A stretch of 64,000 nt of DNA from assembly GCF_039654945.1 (NCBI RefSeq), contig NW_027361679.1, positions 36,766,001 through 36,830,000 of the forward strand. The letters run 5' to 3'. Shown here piece after piece: positions 23,565-35,806 of this stretch (the first letter of the stretch is position 1; each line of letters begins with the position of its first letter). The position numbers and the translations under genes were made by a program. Source of the DNA: Dendrobates tinctorius. Its lineage: Eukaryota. The notes below the pieces were generated by a model that was given only the letters and a program-made list of their open reading frames with translations, did no database searches and was not told the DNA's origin.

Positions 23565-25146
23565 CAGTACAAACCAAAAGTTTGGACACACCTTCTCATT
23601 CAAAGAGTTTTCTTTATTTTCATGACTATGAAAAGTGTAGATTCACTCTGAAGGCATCAAAACTATGAATTAACACATGTGGAATTATATAATTAACAAA
23701 AAAGTGTGAAACAACTAAAAATATGTCTTATATTCTAGGTTCTTCAAAGTAGCCACCTATTACTTTGATTACTGCTTTGCACACTCTTGCCATTCTCTTG
23801 ATGAGCTTCAAGAGGTAGTCACCGGAAATGGTCTTCCAACAGTCTTGAAGGAGTTCCCAGAGATGCTTCAACACTTGTTGGCCCTTTGCCTTCACTCTGC
23901 GGTCCAGCTCACCCCAAACCATCTCTACTGGGTTCAGGTCTGGTGATTGCGGAGGCCAGGTCATCTGGTGTAGCACCCCATCACTCTTCTTCTTGGTCAA
24001 ATAGCCCTTACACAGCCTGGAGGTGTGTTTGGGGAATATTGAAAAATAAATGATAGTCCAACTAAACGCAAACCGGATGGAATAACATGCCGCTGCAAGA
24101 TGCTGTGGTAGCCATGCTGGCTCAGTATGCCTTCAATTTTGAATAAATCCCCAATAGTGTCACCAGCAAAGCACCCCCACACCATCACACCTCCTCCTCC
24201 ATGCTTCACGGTGGGAACCAGGCATGTAGAGTCCATCCGTTCACCTTTTCTGGTTGGAACCAAAGATCTCAAATTTGGACTCATCAGACCAAAGCACAGA
24301 TTTCCACTGGTGTAATGTCCATTCCTTGTGTTCTTTAGCCCAAACAAGTCTCTTCAGCTTGTTGCCTGTCCTTAGCAGTGGTTTCCTAGCAGCTATTTTA
24401 CCATGAAGGCCTGCTGCACAAAGTCTCCTCTTAATAGTTGCTGTAGAGATGTGTCTGCTGCTAGAACTCTGTGTGGCATTGACCTGGTCTCTAATCAGAG
24501 ATGCTTTTAACCTGCGATTTCTGAGGCTGGTGAATTCGATGAACTTATCCTCCACAGCAGAGGTGACTCTTGGTCTTCCTTTCCTGGGGCGGTCTTATGT
24601 GAGACAGTTTCTTTGTAGCGCTTGATGGTTTTTGCCACTGCACTTGGGGACACTTTCAAAGTTTTCCCAATTTTTCGGACTGACTGACCTTCACTTCTTA
24701 AAGTAATGATGGCCACTCGTTTTTCTTTACTTAGCATTTGTATTATGGCAAGAAAAAAGCAGCTAACAGTCTATTCAGTAGGACTATCAGCTGTGTATCC
24801 ACCAGACTTCTGCACAACACAACTGATGGTCCCATCCCCATTTATAAGGCAAGAAAACCCACTTATTAAACCTGACAGGGCACACCTGTGAAGTGAAAAC
24901 CATTTCCGGTGACTACCTCTTGAAGCTCATCAAGAGAATGCCAAGAGTGTGCAAAGCAGTAATCAAAGCAAAAGGTGGCTACTTTGAAGAACCTAGAATA
25001 TAAGACATATTTTCAGTTGTTTCACACTTTTTTGTTAGTTATATAATTCCACATGTGTTAATTCATAGTTTTGATGCCTTCAGATTGAATCTACAATTCT
25101 CAGTCAGGAAAATAAAGAAAACTCTTTGAATGAGAATGTGTTTCCA
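23565..25146 (-). mobile_element. Tc1-like DNA transposon with ~270-bp TIRs; right end runs into an assembly gap
   Basis: TA|cagtacaaaccaaaagtttggacac start. TIRs at 23565-23836 and about 24893-25146. Confidence 0.92.
23728..24737 (-). pseudogene. Tc1 transposase (frameshifts and internal deletion)
   Basis: HTH (LSKEKRVAIITLRSEGQSVRKIGKTLKVS), WSDESKFEIFGS, TVKHGGGGVMVWGCF and WPPQSPDLNPVEMVW are spread over 4 frame segments. Confidence 0.92.
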
Positions 25147-25275
25147 NNNNNNNNNNNNNNNNNNNNNNNNNNNNNNNNNNNNNNNNNNNNNNNNNNNNNN
25201 NNNNNNNNNNNNNNNNNNNNNNNNNNNNNNNNNNNNNNNNNNNNNNNNNNNNNNNNNNNNNNNNNNNNNNNNNNN
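25147..25275. other. Assembly gap (N run)
   Basis: 129 N. Confidence 1.
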
Positions 25276-25302
25276 TCAGCTAAGACAAAGCCTAGCTCCT
25301 CA

Positions 25303-25764
25303 GGCTAAATTCACACCATGGGCATAGCCAGGATCAAAACTGTGGGGGGGGGGGGCAGAACCTCATACTGTTCTGCAGAATTTCATACTGCACACCTCAG
25401 CTGCTGCAGAACCTCATACTGCACACCCCTACCCTTGAAAATAAAGCCTGTCCTGGGCGTCTTATTGGCAGCTATGAGGTGTACCTGATTGGTGCTAAAA
25501 AAAAAAAAAAAAAAAAACAACAATTTTATTCTGTGTGCTACCCGGCTTTCATTCTTTTTGGTACAGATATGATATGGATAGACAGATATGGATAAATTGA
25601 TATATAGATAGCAAAAGCAGTTTAGAAATCTGCTCTATTGAAAACATCTATGAGCTCAAAAACCGGTTTCAGGTGATGCGGTTTTTTAAAAAGCTGATCT
25701 GCTTTTGCAACTGAAAAACGTATCCTCAAAACACGCAGGGAAAACGGTGTGTGTGAATGTAGCC
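25303..25764. mobile_element. Harbinger-type MITE
   Basis: Ends ggctaaattcacac / gtgtgaatgtagcc with TCA/TTA flanks. Interrupts the hAT MITE body (compare 40463-40500). Confidence 0.65.
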
Positions 25765-27375
25765 TTAGATCAGGAATAGAACAGCCATTTATAGGACATT
25801 TCATAACTTTCCCAAATTCCTATGAAAAAATAGTCAACACATTCTGCATTGAACTACTGTACCCAATTTATTATATATTTTAGGAGTCGGTCCATTTTAT
25901 ACCGGCTCTGACTCCACCAAAATGAGCACCGACTCCACGACTCCGACTCCACAGCTCTGCTGCTTGGTGTAGTTTTGATAGAATCCCAGGTTTCTTAATG
26001 TAGATGCAGCAGTGGTCAGAATGCTTTACTCCGCCCACACCCCTGATTGGCAGCCTCCGATGCACATTGTCAGGAAGCTGCTAATTAGTGGTGGGGGCGG
26101 GGTTACACAGAAAAGCTGGTCTGACTCGCACATGAGAGCTAATTCTGCAGTGATAATCTCCTGCTGGTAAAACACTGATTGTATTGAAACTACTCTGTGC
26201 CATATATCATGCTGCTGCTGACAGATTCCATTTAAAAAGCTTAGCATTGTCGTGGGTGACAAACCTGAAAATCAGCTACTATGTGGGGTGTTATTTTTAG
26301 GGGTCCCTGGTGTCTACCTCAGTTTGTCAACCTCTATGGTAATTCACATCTTCTAAGCAATTCTGTTTTAGGAAACTTGCATAGAAAAGTTGTGTTTTTT
26401 TAACTACAAAAATTGATGAAAAAAATAGAGAAATAAAAAGGCAATGAATTAAATTGCTAATTACATTTTTTTATGGAATTACCAGCGGAAAAAACTATGC
26501 TGACTACATGACCAAAGGGAACAGTGTGAGATGGAACCTTATGACCAAGACAAGGCCTAAATGAGGAGACCCTCCCACTCTGTATTACTACTATATGTAG
26601 GTACACTGTAAGCCATACAGCCAATGTATGGACACTATATAAAGTGTCTTTATGCTTACTGCCATGTTACAAACACTCAAAAACAGAGCGCCCAAGAGAC
26701 TGGGCATGAATCACGCGGGACTTACAATAAACGAGGGATTTGGAGACTCTCGGCAGATCTCTGTACTCTAAAGGTCTTTTGTCTAAACTATTTAGGCAGA
26801 ATGACAGTGACGAGGGAGGAGGCGCAGCCATTTAACCACTTCATTGCGGCACGTGTCAGAAAATGACCGCGACCAGATGCTATTAACTCTGTCAGCGCAT
26901 GTTCAGGATGCACAGATCCACTAACGACTGTGGCGTATATCCCTGCATCATATTACAAAGGTAATATGAAGGTTACTGATTGTAGGGAGAGGGAGGCTTA
27001 GAAGAGAAGGATGTGGATGACACACAATGCTGGAATTAGGAAGCACAGATATCCAAATACTACCGCTTTCAATAGTGTATGAAGCATGCACAGTGAATAT
27101 CGTATATACTGACAGCAGGCCTGGAGACCCGCGACCTTCACAGATCGGCCCCAAGCAACAAAAAGGAAATTATGCTCTTCTACATAAGCCTTCAGAAACT
27201 CTCCCAATAATACATCCCGCCACACAATGAATATCACTGCACATAACAAAACATTGGCATAAATGTAATGAGAATTGGGGGAAACAATCATACGCAATAC
27301 TTGGATGTGAGAACAATTAAGTATTTCACAGCAGGAGATCACGGGAGGTTGCCATGGCAGGAATTTGGCCCATAC

Positions 27376-27553
27376 CTTCAGGATTCGGTTCATGGTCTGG
27401 TGTAAGAGAGATGTCGTCAAGTTCGCGCAAGCAAAGCCATTCGCCATCCATAGAAACACGGAATTTGCAAAGGTAGATGGTCTCCATGGCAGCCTGTGTT
27501 ATCTTGTCTGTGGTGGGGGTTGGCATGTCGCTTTGAGGAGTGAGAGCCGACAT
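27376..27553 (-). CDS. RUFY3: RUFY3 (RUN and FYVE domain-containing 3) first coding exon
   Basis: MSALTPQSDMPTPTTDKITQAAMETIYLCKFRVSMDGEWLCLRELDDISLTPDHEPNPE is near-identical to the mammalian RUFY3 N-terminus. 178 nt ending GAAG|GTATGG (phase 1). Confidence 0.96.
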
Positions 27554-28400
27554 GATGGCTCAAGTGATACAACAGCCACCGAAAAAAAACAAAAAAAACA
27601 AAACCGGTCACGGCACGAAGAGAGGCCAAGAATCCAAGATGGATGCACGCAAGTTAGGAAGGCAATGAGCTCAGAGGTAAAGTTCCACAATCAACATGCA
27701 GAGATACAGATAGAAAGCGTAGGACTGATTTACTGATCAAATGCAACCTTTCTGAATTGCTCTGAAAGCCTGAGCTTCTCCTCTGCCTCTTCCGCCCCCC
27801 TGCTGCTCTGCTGCCAATTGTCATGCGTCAAACCTGCTTTTTAGAGCCTAAACTCCAGGTTCTAAGAATATTCTCTGCCAAACCCAGAGAGCTAGGTCAC
27901 GAAAAGTCAAAGCCGTCGTCCAGAGGTGCAGAAAGGACAATGAAAGGCAATTACAGGAATCCGAGTGGTTCAAAGAGGGCAGTAGGTCTGCACAACCCAG
28001 GCACTTGTGATCTTGTAGGATTGGTTCTGCGCAGTAAGCAGGGTGGTGACCAAAATGGCTGACTAATGAAGAGAAGAGAAAATTCACACTCATGTGACCA
28101 GAGATGCTAGGAGCGTCAGCAGGTCCCAGGATGCTGTCTGGATGCTGCTGATGTGGGGAGAGCAATTCCAATGTGCTCTCTCCTCCGGCAGCCAACCCCA
28201 CTGGCTCCTCAGTGACAGGTCCCCCTCCCCGGCAGCGGCTCCTCCTTGCTTCAGCCTCGCTCGCAAACAGTGGGGCTCTTTTCTACACAATGAGGCCATT
28301 GTCATTAATGCTGTCACCCAGAAGAGCAGGATAATCCCCGACACAGAGCTAAAAACACTGACCGGAAAAGCATCACATGTACGGAAGGAAGAAGGAAAAC
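27554..28400 (-). promoter_or_regulatory. RUFY3: Probable RUFY3 5' UTR and proximal promoter
   Basis: TE-free, moderately GC-rich sequence directly 5' of the ATG. The TSS cannot be placed from sequence alone. Confidence 0.5.
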
Positions 28401-29570
28401 GGGTTTTATTTGCTATTTATATATGCAGAACTGATAACCTTCAGTGTAGTGGCAGATAATATACCAGCAGCCAGAGAGTCTGCACTTATTACTAACAATA
28501 TATTCATATTATGCACGCTGAAATTATATTTACTGGTATTCAAAATCTAAATAGAATGTCACATCTAATACAGCCCCATAAACAAGATTACCTACAATCA
28601 TGTAATACATATATAAACAAGAACCTAAAAATGATTTTTGCAGAATGAGCTACAAGTTTATTGGTACCACTTTGATCAAGTTTTATTCCATTTTGGAGCA
28701 AGAAAAACAAAAAACAGATTTTTAAATATTTTTTACATCATTTAATGTGTGAGATTAGAGAAAAAAAAAGTCATTATGGCAGCGGCACTCCAGTGATACT
28801 GGCCAGCTTCAAAACAGGTCTTCCAAGCTCAATGGAAAGGAGCTTGTAAACACTGCACTCGTTTGAGGGGTAGATACCGCGCATGTTCAAGGGAATAAAC
28901 GCTACGCATGTTTGAGTGGGGTAAACAAAAGAAAAGTTAATTTTTCACAGGCTGCACATTGTAAGTGTTTTCTCTATATAAAAGTCTATAAAAATATATA
29001 GGTCTATAACATAAGAACAAAGCAAAATAAAATATCTTAAGAGCAGCTGAAAATTTTAGTAGGCATGAAATTGCAAAATTGCTTGTATTTACAAGCATTG
29101 TCTGAGAATACTCATCTCTGAAGACGTGAATAACCCCTTCAAGCGGCTAAATATCCAGTATCAGAGTCATGTTCAATTTGGTTGTTGCAGCAGTAGTTCA
29201 GCTATCCCCACTGCAATATTTTTTTTTTTTTTTTTAATATATGAGGAAAAAAAACTGACTTTTTTTTTACCAGTGTACAGAATCAAATTTTCATCCATTT
29301 TTCCTTTTTCTCATATGGAAAAAATTTACCGTACACAATTTTCAAAAGATGAATAATATTTAGCTTGCATGAATGACACGTTTTTTGACACGATTCAGCC
29401 ACTTAACCACCATATTACACAATTATCGTGAATGATGGGTTGTTAATGCTAGAATCCGAAGGACCATCGGCCGCATGGCAGTGACGTCATGCACTCCAGT
29501 CTTCACGTCGGCAGGCAGGAGAGCAAAGGAAAGTTATTTATTTTAAGTCAGTGGCTATACTAGTACATGT

Positions 29571-30852
29571 ATGACTATAGGATGTGAATTATACTTTATG
29601 GATGACTATGGGGGTGCATTATACTATATGGATGACTATGGGGGTGCATTATACTATATGGATGACTATGGGGGTGCATTATACTATATGGATGACTATG
29701 GGGGTGCATTATACTATATGGATGACTATGGGGGTGCATTATACTATATGGATGACTATGGGGGTGCATTATACTATATGGATGACTATGGGGGTGCATT
29801 ATACTATATGGATGACTATGGGGGTGCATTATACTATATGGATGACTATGGGGGTGCATTATACTATATGGATGACTATGGGGGTGCATTATACTATATG
29901 GATGACTATGGGGTGCATTATACTATATGGATGACTATGGGGGTGCATTATACTATATGGATGACTATGGGGGTGCATTATACTATATGGATGACTATGG
30001 GGGTGCATTATACTATATGGATGACTATGGGGGTGCATTATACTATATGGATGACTATGGGGGTGCATTATACTATATGGATGACTATGGGGGTGCATTA
30101 TACTATATGGATGACTATGGGGGTGCATTATACTATATGGATGACTATGGGGGTGCATTATACTATATAGATGACTATGGGGGTGCATTATACTATATGG
30201 ATGACTATGGGGTGCATTATACTATATGGATGACTATGGGGGTGCATTATACTATATGGATGACTATGGGGGTGCATTATACTATATGGATGACTATGGG
30301 GGTGCATTATACTATATGGATGACTATGGGGGTGCATTATACTATATGGATGACTATGGGGGTGCATTATACTATATGGATGACTATGGGGGTGCATTAT
30401 ACTATATGGATGACTATGGGGGTGCATTATACTATATGGATGACTATGGGGGTGCATTATACTATATGGATGTCTATGGGGGTGCATTATACTATATGGA
30501 TGTCTATGGGGGTGCATTATACTATATGGATGACTATGGGGGTACATTATACTATATGGATGACTATGGGGGTACATTATACTATATGGATGACTATGGG
30601 GGTACATTATACTATATGGATGACTATGGGGGTACATTATACTATATGGATGACTATGGGCGTACATTATACTATATGGATGACTATGGGGGTACATTAT
30701 ACTATATGGATGACTATGGGGGTACATTATACTATATGGATGACTATGGGGGTACATTATACTATATGGATGACTATGGGGGTGCATTATACTACATGGA
30801 TAACTATGGGATGCATTATACTATATGGAGGACTATGTGAGGGTGCATTATA
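29571..30852. repeat. 30-bp minisatellite (ATGGATGACTATGGGGGTGCATTATACTAT), about 42 copies
   Basis: Direct head-to-tail repeats with no spacers. Confidence 0.97.
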
Positions 30853-31300
30853 TTTCTGCAATGGAGCCCCATGACTTCTATGCACGCCCCTTGTGAGTAT
30901 AATATTTTTTTTTATATATACATTAAAAGAACAGCAGCAGAACAGGGGACATATACCAAGATGGGGGATATATATAACGGGGTGAGGCCCAGGATTAGGG
31001 ACATACATTATATACTGGGATGAGACACATACATGCCAGTATGGATGGCGATATACTTACTACACATACATAAATATATAAAAATGTATTCAGGATAGGG
31101 GAAGGGGCTGGTCAAAATCTAGCCCATCAGACTGTAGTTACGCCATTGGTTACAGATACAGCAAATCTAAACATATACATACTGTACATTAGAACATGTA
31201 TGCAAAACACGGATGTCTGAACGAGGTCTAACAAAGCTTGCAGGAACTCCTTTCCCTCAACCTTTATTTATGACAAATGTCAGAAGGGGATTATGTGCTA

Positions 31301-31672
31301 GGCCGAGTGCACACAATCAAGAGAAGCAGCGCATGTCCGCTGTGTCCAAAGCGCTGTCGTCTATTGAACACACATGAATCCGCATGTGTTCACTAAACCA
31401 TGCAGATTCACCGCGTCCAATACACTCTATGGGTGAAATTTCTCTTGTGGAGATTCGGGTCTCCGGAAGAGAAATTGACATGCTGTGGTCTGGAGAGATG
31501 CGTCGAATGTCAGCCTCTGCGGGTGAGCCACAGGCATCTGTGGACGCATAGAGGGCATAGGATTTCTTGAAATCCCATCCACTATGCTGTAAAAGCTGGT
31601 CGCTGGGGGTTTGATGCTGCATATGTACGCAGCGTCTAACCGGCAGTGATTACTGATTGTCTGCACATACCC
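31301..31672. mobile_element. Harbinger-type MITE
   Basis: Ends ggccgagtgcacacaatca / tgattgtctgcacataccc with CTA/TTA flanks. Confidence 0.7.
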
Positions 31673-32444
31673 TTAAGCGTCTTTACTTGTTTGTACAATA
31701 TAGCCCAAGTTAAATTACAGTATATTTATTCCAGTACAGCACAAAACAAATGTGCTCATCCATTATCTAGCAAAAAGCAGTGTGCCTAAAACCTCCCATG
31801 TTAGCACCTCAAGGAGATATACATTTTGCTGGTCACTAACCAAATAATCCTTTTATAACAACCTATATAACAGAAAATTGCTCTTGTTTTATTAAAAAGC
31901 AAAAATTACTCCAATAGAACAAATGATTAACTAGACCAGATTTTCCGATTCCATACATCCCAATTGTTCATCTATCACCCCTCTACGAGGCAATGTTTCA
32001 GTTCAATTTTGTCCGTTTTGAGGAGGCGTCAGTGAAATTAATAAGTAGAATTTCTACAGTTCCATTTTTGGGCTCAAGAGGGCAGTGTTACTTATCAGAT
32101 CGGGTCTTGGTGCTAATCAAATGAGCAGATGAATATAAGAAAGCTGCATTGACTTATTAGAAAATGTTGAAACTAAGGTTTTTGTGGAAATATAATATTA
32201 TTGCTAATAGGGCACTGTGAAAACGCATATGGAATAATCAAATCAAAATTCTGGTCTAGAACAACCCCTATTATGTTGTACGGTATATTGCTCCCATTAC
32301 CAAATACACATTCAGACCTAGAAGTGAAGTTATCCACTATGAAATATGAGACCAATTACGCCATGTGTAGAAAGCATTTTGGACTACAAAATGTGTAAAT
32401 CTCCACCTTTGGTTTACTTAAGAATAAAAACTCACTGACATATC

Positions 32445-33449
32445 TCCTGGATTTTCGCTTTATAAGATGCACCTGATTATAATGCGCACCCCCAAATTTG
32501 GTGAAGAAAAAGAGAAAAAATTGTTTTTGTTAAATGGGAGTCTGTCTTATAATGCCAGTGTCCGTCTTACAAATCATATATATGTCCCTCATCCTGGTAT
32601 TTATATAACCCCCATCCTGGCACATGGCCCCCCCTTGTGCTTCTGGCACACACATGGCCCCCCATCCCATCCTGGATGTGCCCACCTGTGCTGCTGGCAC
32701 GGACATGGCCCCCCCATCCCATCCTGGATATGCCCCCCTGTGCTGCTGGCACACACATGGCCCCCCATCCCATCCTGGATGCACCCACCTGTGCTGCTGG
32801 CACGCACATGATAAAATAACAAACACTTAACTCACCTTCCGATGATGGGTCCGTGCTCCCAGCTCTTCGGTTGCGCTTCCTGTTTCCCTGGCATCGGATC
32901 ATGTGACCTGGACAAACACTGTGATGACATCACTGTGCTGTGCCGATCACATGTTCGGATGTCAGCACAGACACAGGAAGGAAGAGCCACGGGGGGAGCT
33001 GGGAGCCATCATCGGAAGTAATCGGAAGGGGAGTCAAGTTTGTTATTTTATCATGTGCGTGCCAGCAGCACAGGGGGGCATATCCAGGATGGGATGGGTC
33101 GGACCATGTGCGTGCCAGCAGCACAGGGGGGGGGGGGGGGGTAATGTCCAGGATGGGAGGGGGGAGAGTGCAGGCACATGCAATATGCGCTGCTCCCCTG
33201 TCAACCAACTCGGCGCAGCTTCAGCACCGAGGTGATGGACAGCGGGTGAAGTGAATATTACATGAGGCTAATAAGTGGGAGCACGTGACCTCCCACTTTC
33301 TCTGCGGCCCACAGCCAGCCCACCCCACCCCAGCCACCTGACACCACACCAGAGCCGCCCCCCCTCCTCTACAACACACAGATTCGGATTATAAGACGCA
33401 CCCCCACTTTCCCCAAACAAAAGTGCATTTTATAATCCGAAAAATACGG
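32445..33449. mobile_element. Tigger/pogo-type MITE with internal ~53-bp tandem and inverted repeats
   Basis: Right end ...ttataatccgaaaaatacgg|TA. Repeats at 32610-32810 are mirrored at 33040-33180. Confidence 0.7.
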
Positions 33450-33865
33450 TAAGTATCACACAAGTGTGGAGTTCAGAATTAATCCAGAATGATGTATACA
33501 GAGTGTACCCCGCCATCTGCCACCATCGCACTCTAACCAGCATAATTATTTATCTACTCTTCCTCCAGGAATGTCACCCAGCTTTCCACACACACTTTCC
33601 TTACTTCTGCTCCTTGCATCTACTCGGTACATTTTTAACTAACCCCTCCTTTACCCCAATCTTATTTATGACCTTGCTTACACTGTCTTGATCATAAGCA
33701 TCTGGCTCATTCTTAATTATCTAACCAAGATGAGAACAGACCACTCCTTTTTGCTTCATACCGTAATTCACTTTCTAGCAAATATATTGCATAGCATAAG
33801 TCTGCCAAGATGTCAGTCTGTCCTATGTATCACATAAGTATCATACAAGTCGGAGCTCAGATTAA

Positions 33866-34204
33866 GGCTATGTGCACACGTAGCAGAAAATATCTGCTGA
33901 AAAACCTGACTCCCTTCCCAGAAACCGCACATTTTTTTCTGTGCGTTTTCAGCCCGGTTTTTGCGCAAAAAATGCTTTTTTTTCCGCGTGTTTTAAAGAA
34001 GCATAGAAATAGCCAGAAACGCGGAAAAATCCGGTAAATTAATGAGCATGCTGCGTTTACCGCGGTTTTTTCGTGGTAAAAAACGCATCAGTATGCACAA
34101 AAAGTGCAAAATGCATAGAAATGAATGGGAAGCTTATTTTTAGCGGGTTTTATTGGCAAATCCGCTAAAAATACCGCTAAAAAACGCTGTGTGCGCACAC
34201 AGCC
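33866..34204. mobile_element. Harbinger-type MITE
   Basis: TAA|ggctatgtgcacac...gtgcgcacacagcc|TAA. Confidence 0.8.
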
Positions 34205-34586
34205 TAATCCAGAATGAAACCAGAAAGGAACTGGATACAGTCACTGTAAACAATGTTTTTGTTAGTTTTCACTCTCACCCCTATAATCCTTCACTTTCTA
34301 CTAAACCCATTAATCCCTACAGCAAGTCAGGAACTGTTCATCTCTTCATCAATCCTCCCCATTTATCTCACCTCCTCCTCAGAACTGTTCCTTAACATAC
34401 AATCCTATGTCTCCAAACACCTGACAGTCCCCTCATGCTCCCACCTTCTATCACTTTCTCTGCTCTTCCTCAGTGCCGGTGATATTTCTCTAAATCCTGT
34501 TCCTTCTCACCACATCCCCACAGTCATTTCTACCTCTCATCCACGCTATATCACAAATTTCCATAACCTCTCTAACCTTATACCCA

Positions 34587-35806
34587 AATGACAGAAAAAA
34601 CTGACGGCACATCTTAGTCTGAATAGGTGCATACCAAAAAACAGCTTACATATCAAAATAAGGAAATGGTTGCACTCAATTGCATTAAGGCATATCAAAT
34701 ATGAAATATATGAAATGTGAATAGCATAATGGCTTTTGGAATTTAGAAAAAAATGTGGCCAAAAGATGTGAGCCCATTCACCAACGTCAAGGTGATCTCA
34801 TTGAACGGGTCCTGTTATGAATGGGAAACCGAGGAGGAAAAACAAGACAAGCTAAGTCTCAGAAAACCAGAGAAGTTGGTAACTATGCAGATTGCAGATC
34901 CCTGATCTTAACCGCACAACTAGAAGCAGTCGTGGAGCGTTCCTACGTTGGTCCTAGACACCTCGTCACAACCGGAGAACTACATAAGCCTAAAGCAGGA
35001 AAAGAGGAAAACTAACTGCCCCAGAGCAGACCCCAAAGGAAAGACAGCCCCCCACATGTATTGACGGTGAAACAAGATGAAAACACATACAAAGGCAGGA
35101 AAATAGGCTGAGCAAACGATGGGGCCCGGCTAAGTAAAAAGGACAGAAAAGGAAAGACACTGTCTGCAATCTGCCAAAAACAACCTACAAAAATATTGTC
35201 CAACACTTCTGATAGCAAAATTAACCCTAAAGTCACTAGACTTCTAAACCTATATCAGCACTCTGAAATATTCTGAGACAGAGCAAAAAAAAGAGGCCAA
35301 TCTAACAAGGGACAACAAGCAGATTGGCAAATACTGATTAATAGGAGTGGAATTTCAGCATAGCCCCAGCAGGGGCAGGCTGATTACACAACAAACTGAA
35401 TTGACCAACAAGCGCAAGTGTGAACATTAGCAAAAAACAAACTTAACTTGAGAAGACTGGAAGAGAGCTGAAGTCCAGGACCTGACAAGCAGACTAAATC
35501 ACCAGCACCCGGATAGGACGTCGGCTGTCATATCCAGTCTGATACTCCAGAGATCCAATCGTTATCTTCCTCATCAGGTGGCAGATCACTACCACTTAAG
35601 CCAACCGCACTACCTCCTGTCACCACCAGAGGGAGAACGGAAGGGGAACTCTCAACTGGTGGAGCAGAAAATGAGTTCATGACAGGGTCCCTATCTCATA
35701 TGTTTTTTCTATATTCCAAAAGCCATTATGCTATTCACATTTCATATATTTCATATTTGATATGCCTTAATGCAATTGAGTGCAACCATTTCCTTATTTT
35801 GATATG
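34587..35806. mobile_element. Inverted-repeat insertion (Penelope-like architecture)
   Basis: About 34647-34752 is inverted relative to 35702-35808. A 14-bp duplication taaccttataccca flanks the insertion. Confidence 0.55.
34813..35684. mobile_element. Solo LTR
   Basis: tgttatga...tcatgaca ends; 6-bp TSD gggtcc. Reverse-oriented relative at 56358-57206. Confidence 0.88.

Larger units (their letters stand above)
23284..25959. mobile_element. hAT-type MITE (GACTCC subterminal repeats) hosting a Tc1 and a Harbinger MITE
   Basis: 8-bp TSD ctgcttgg; ends cagggctgtggagtcgg / ccgactccacagctctg. A relative lies at about 40345-40635. Confidence 0.85.
23184..26231. mobile_element. Kolobok/T2-type MITE split by nested insertions
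   Basis: TTAA|agggaatctgtcagcag ... ctgctgacagattccat|TTAA. Confidence 0.75.

Noticed and set aside
29571-30874. CRISPR array, or repeat proteins (MDDYGGALYY)n / (MHPHSHPYSI)n
   Set aside because: Contiguous 30-bp units with no unique spacers in eukaryotic DNA. The ORFs arise in several frames simply because the unit lacks stops.
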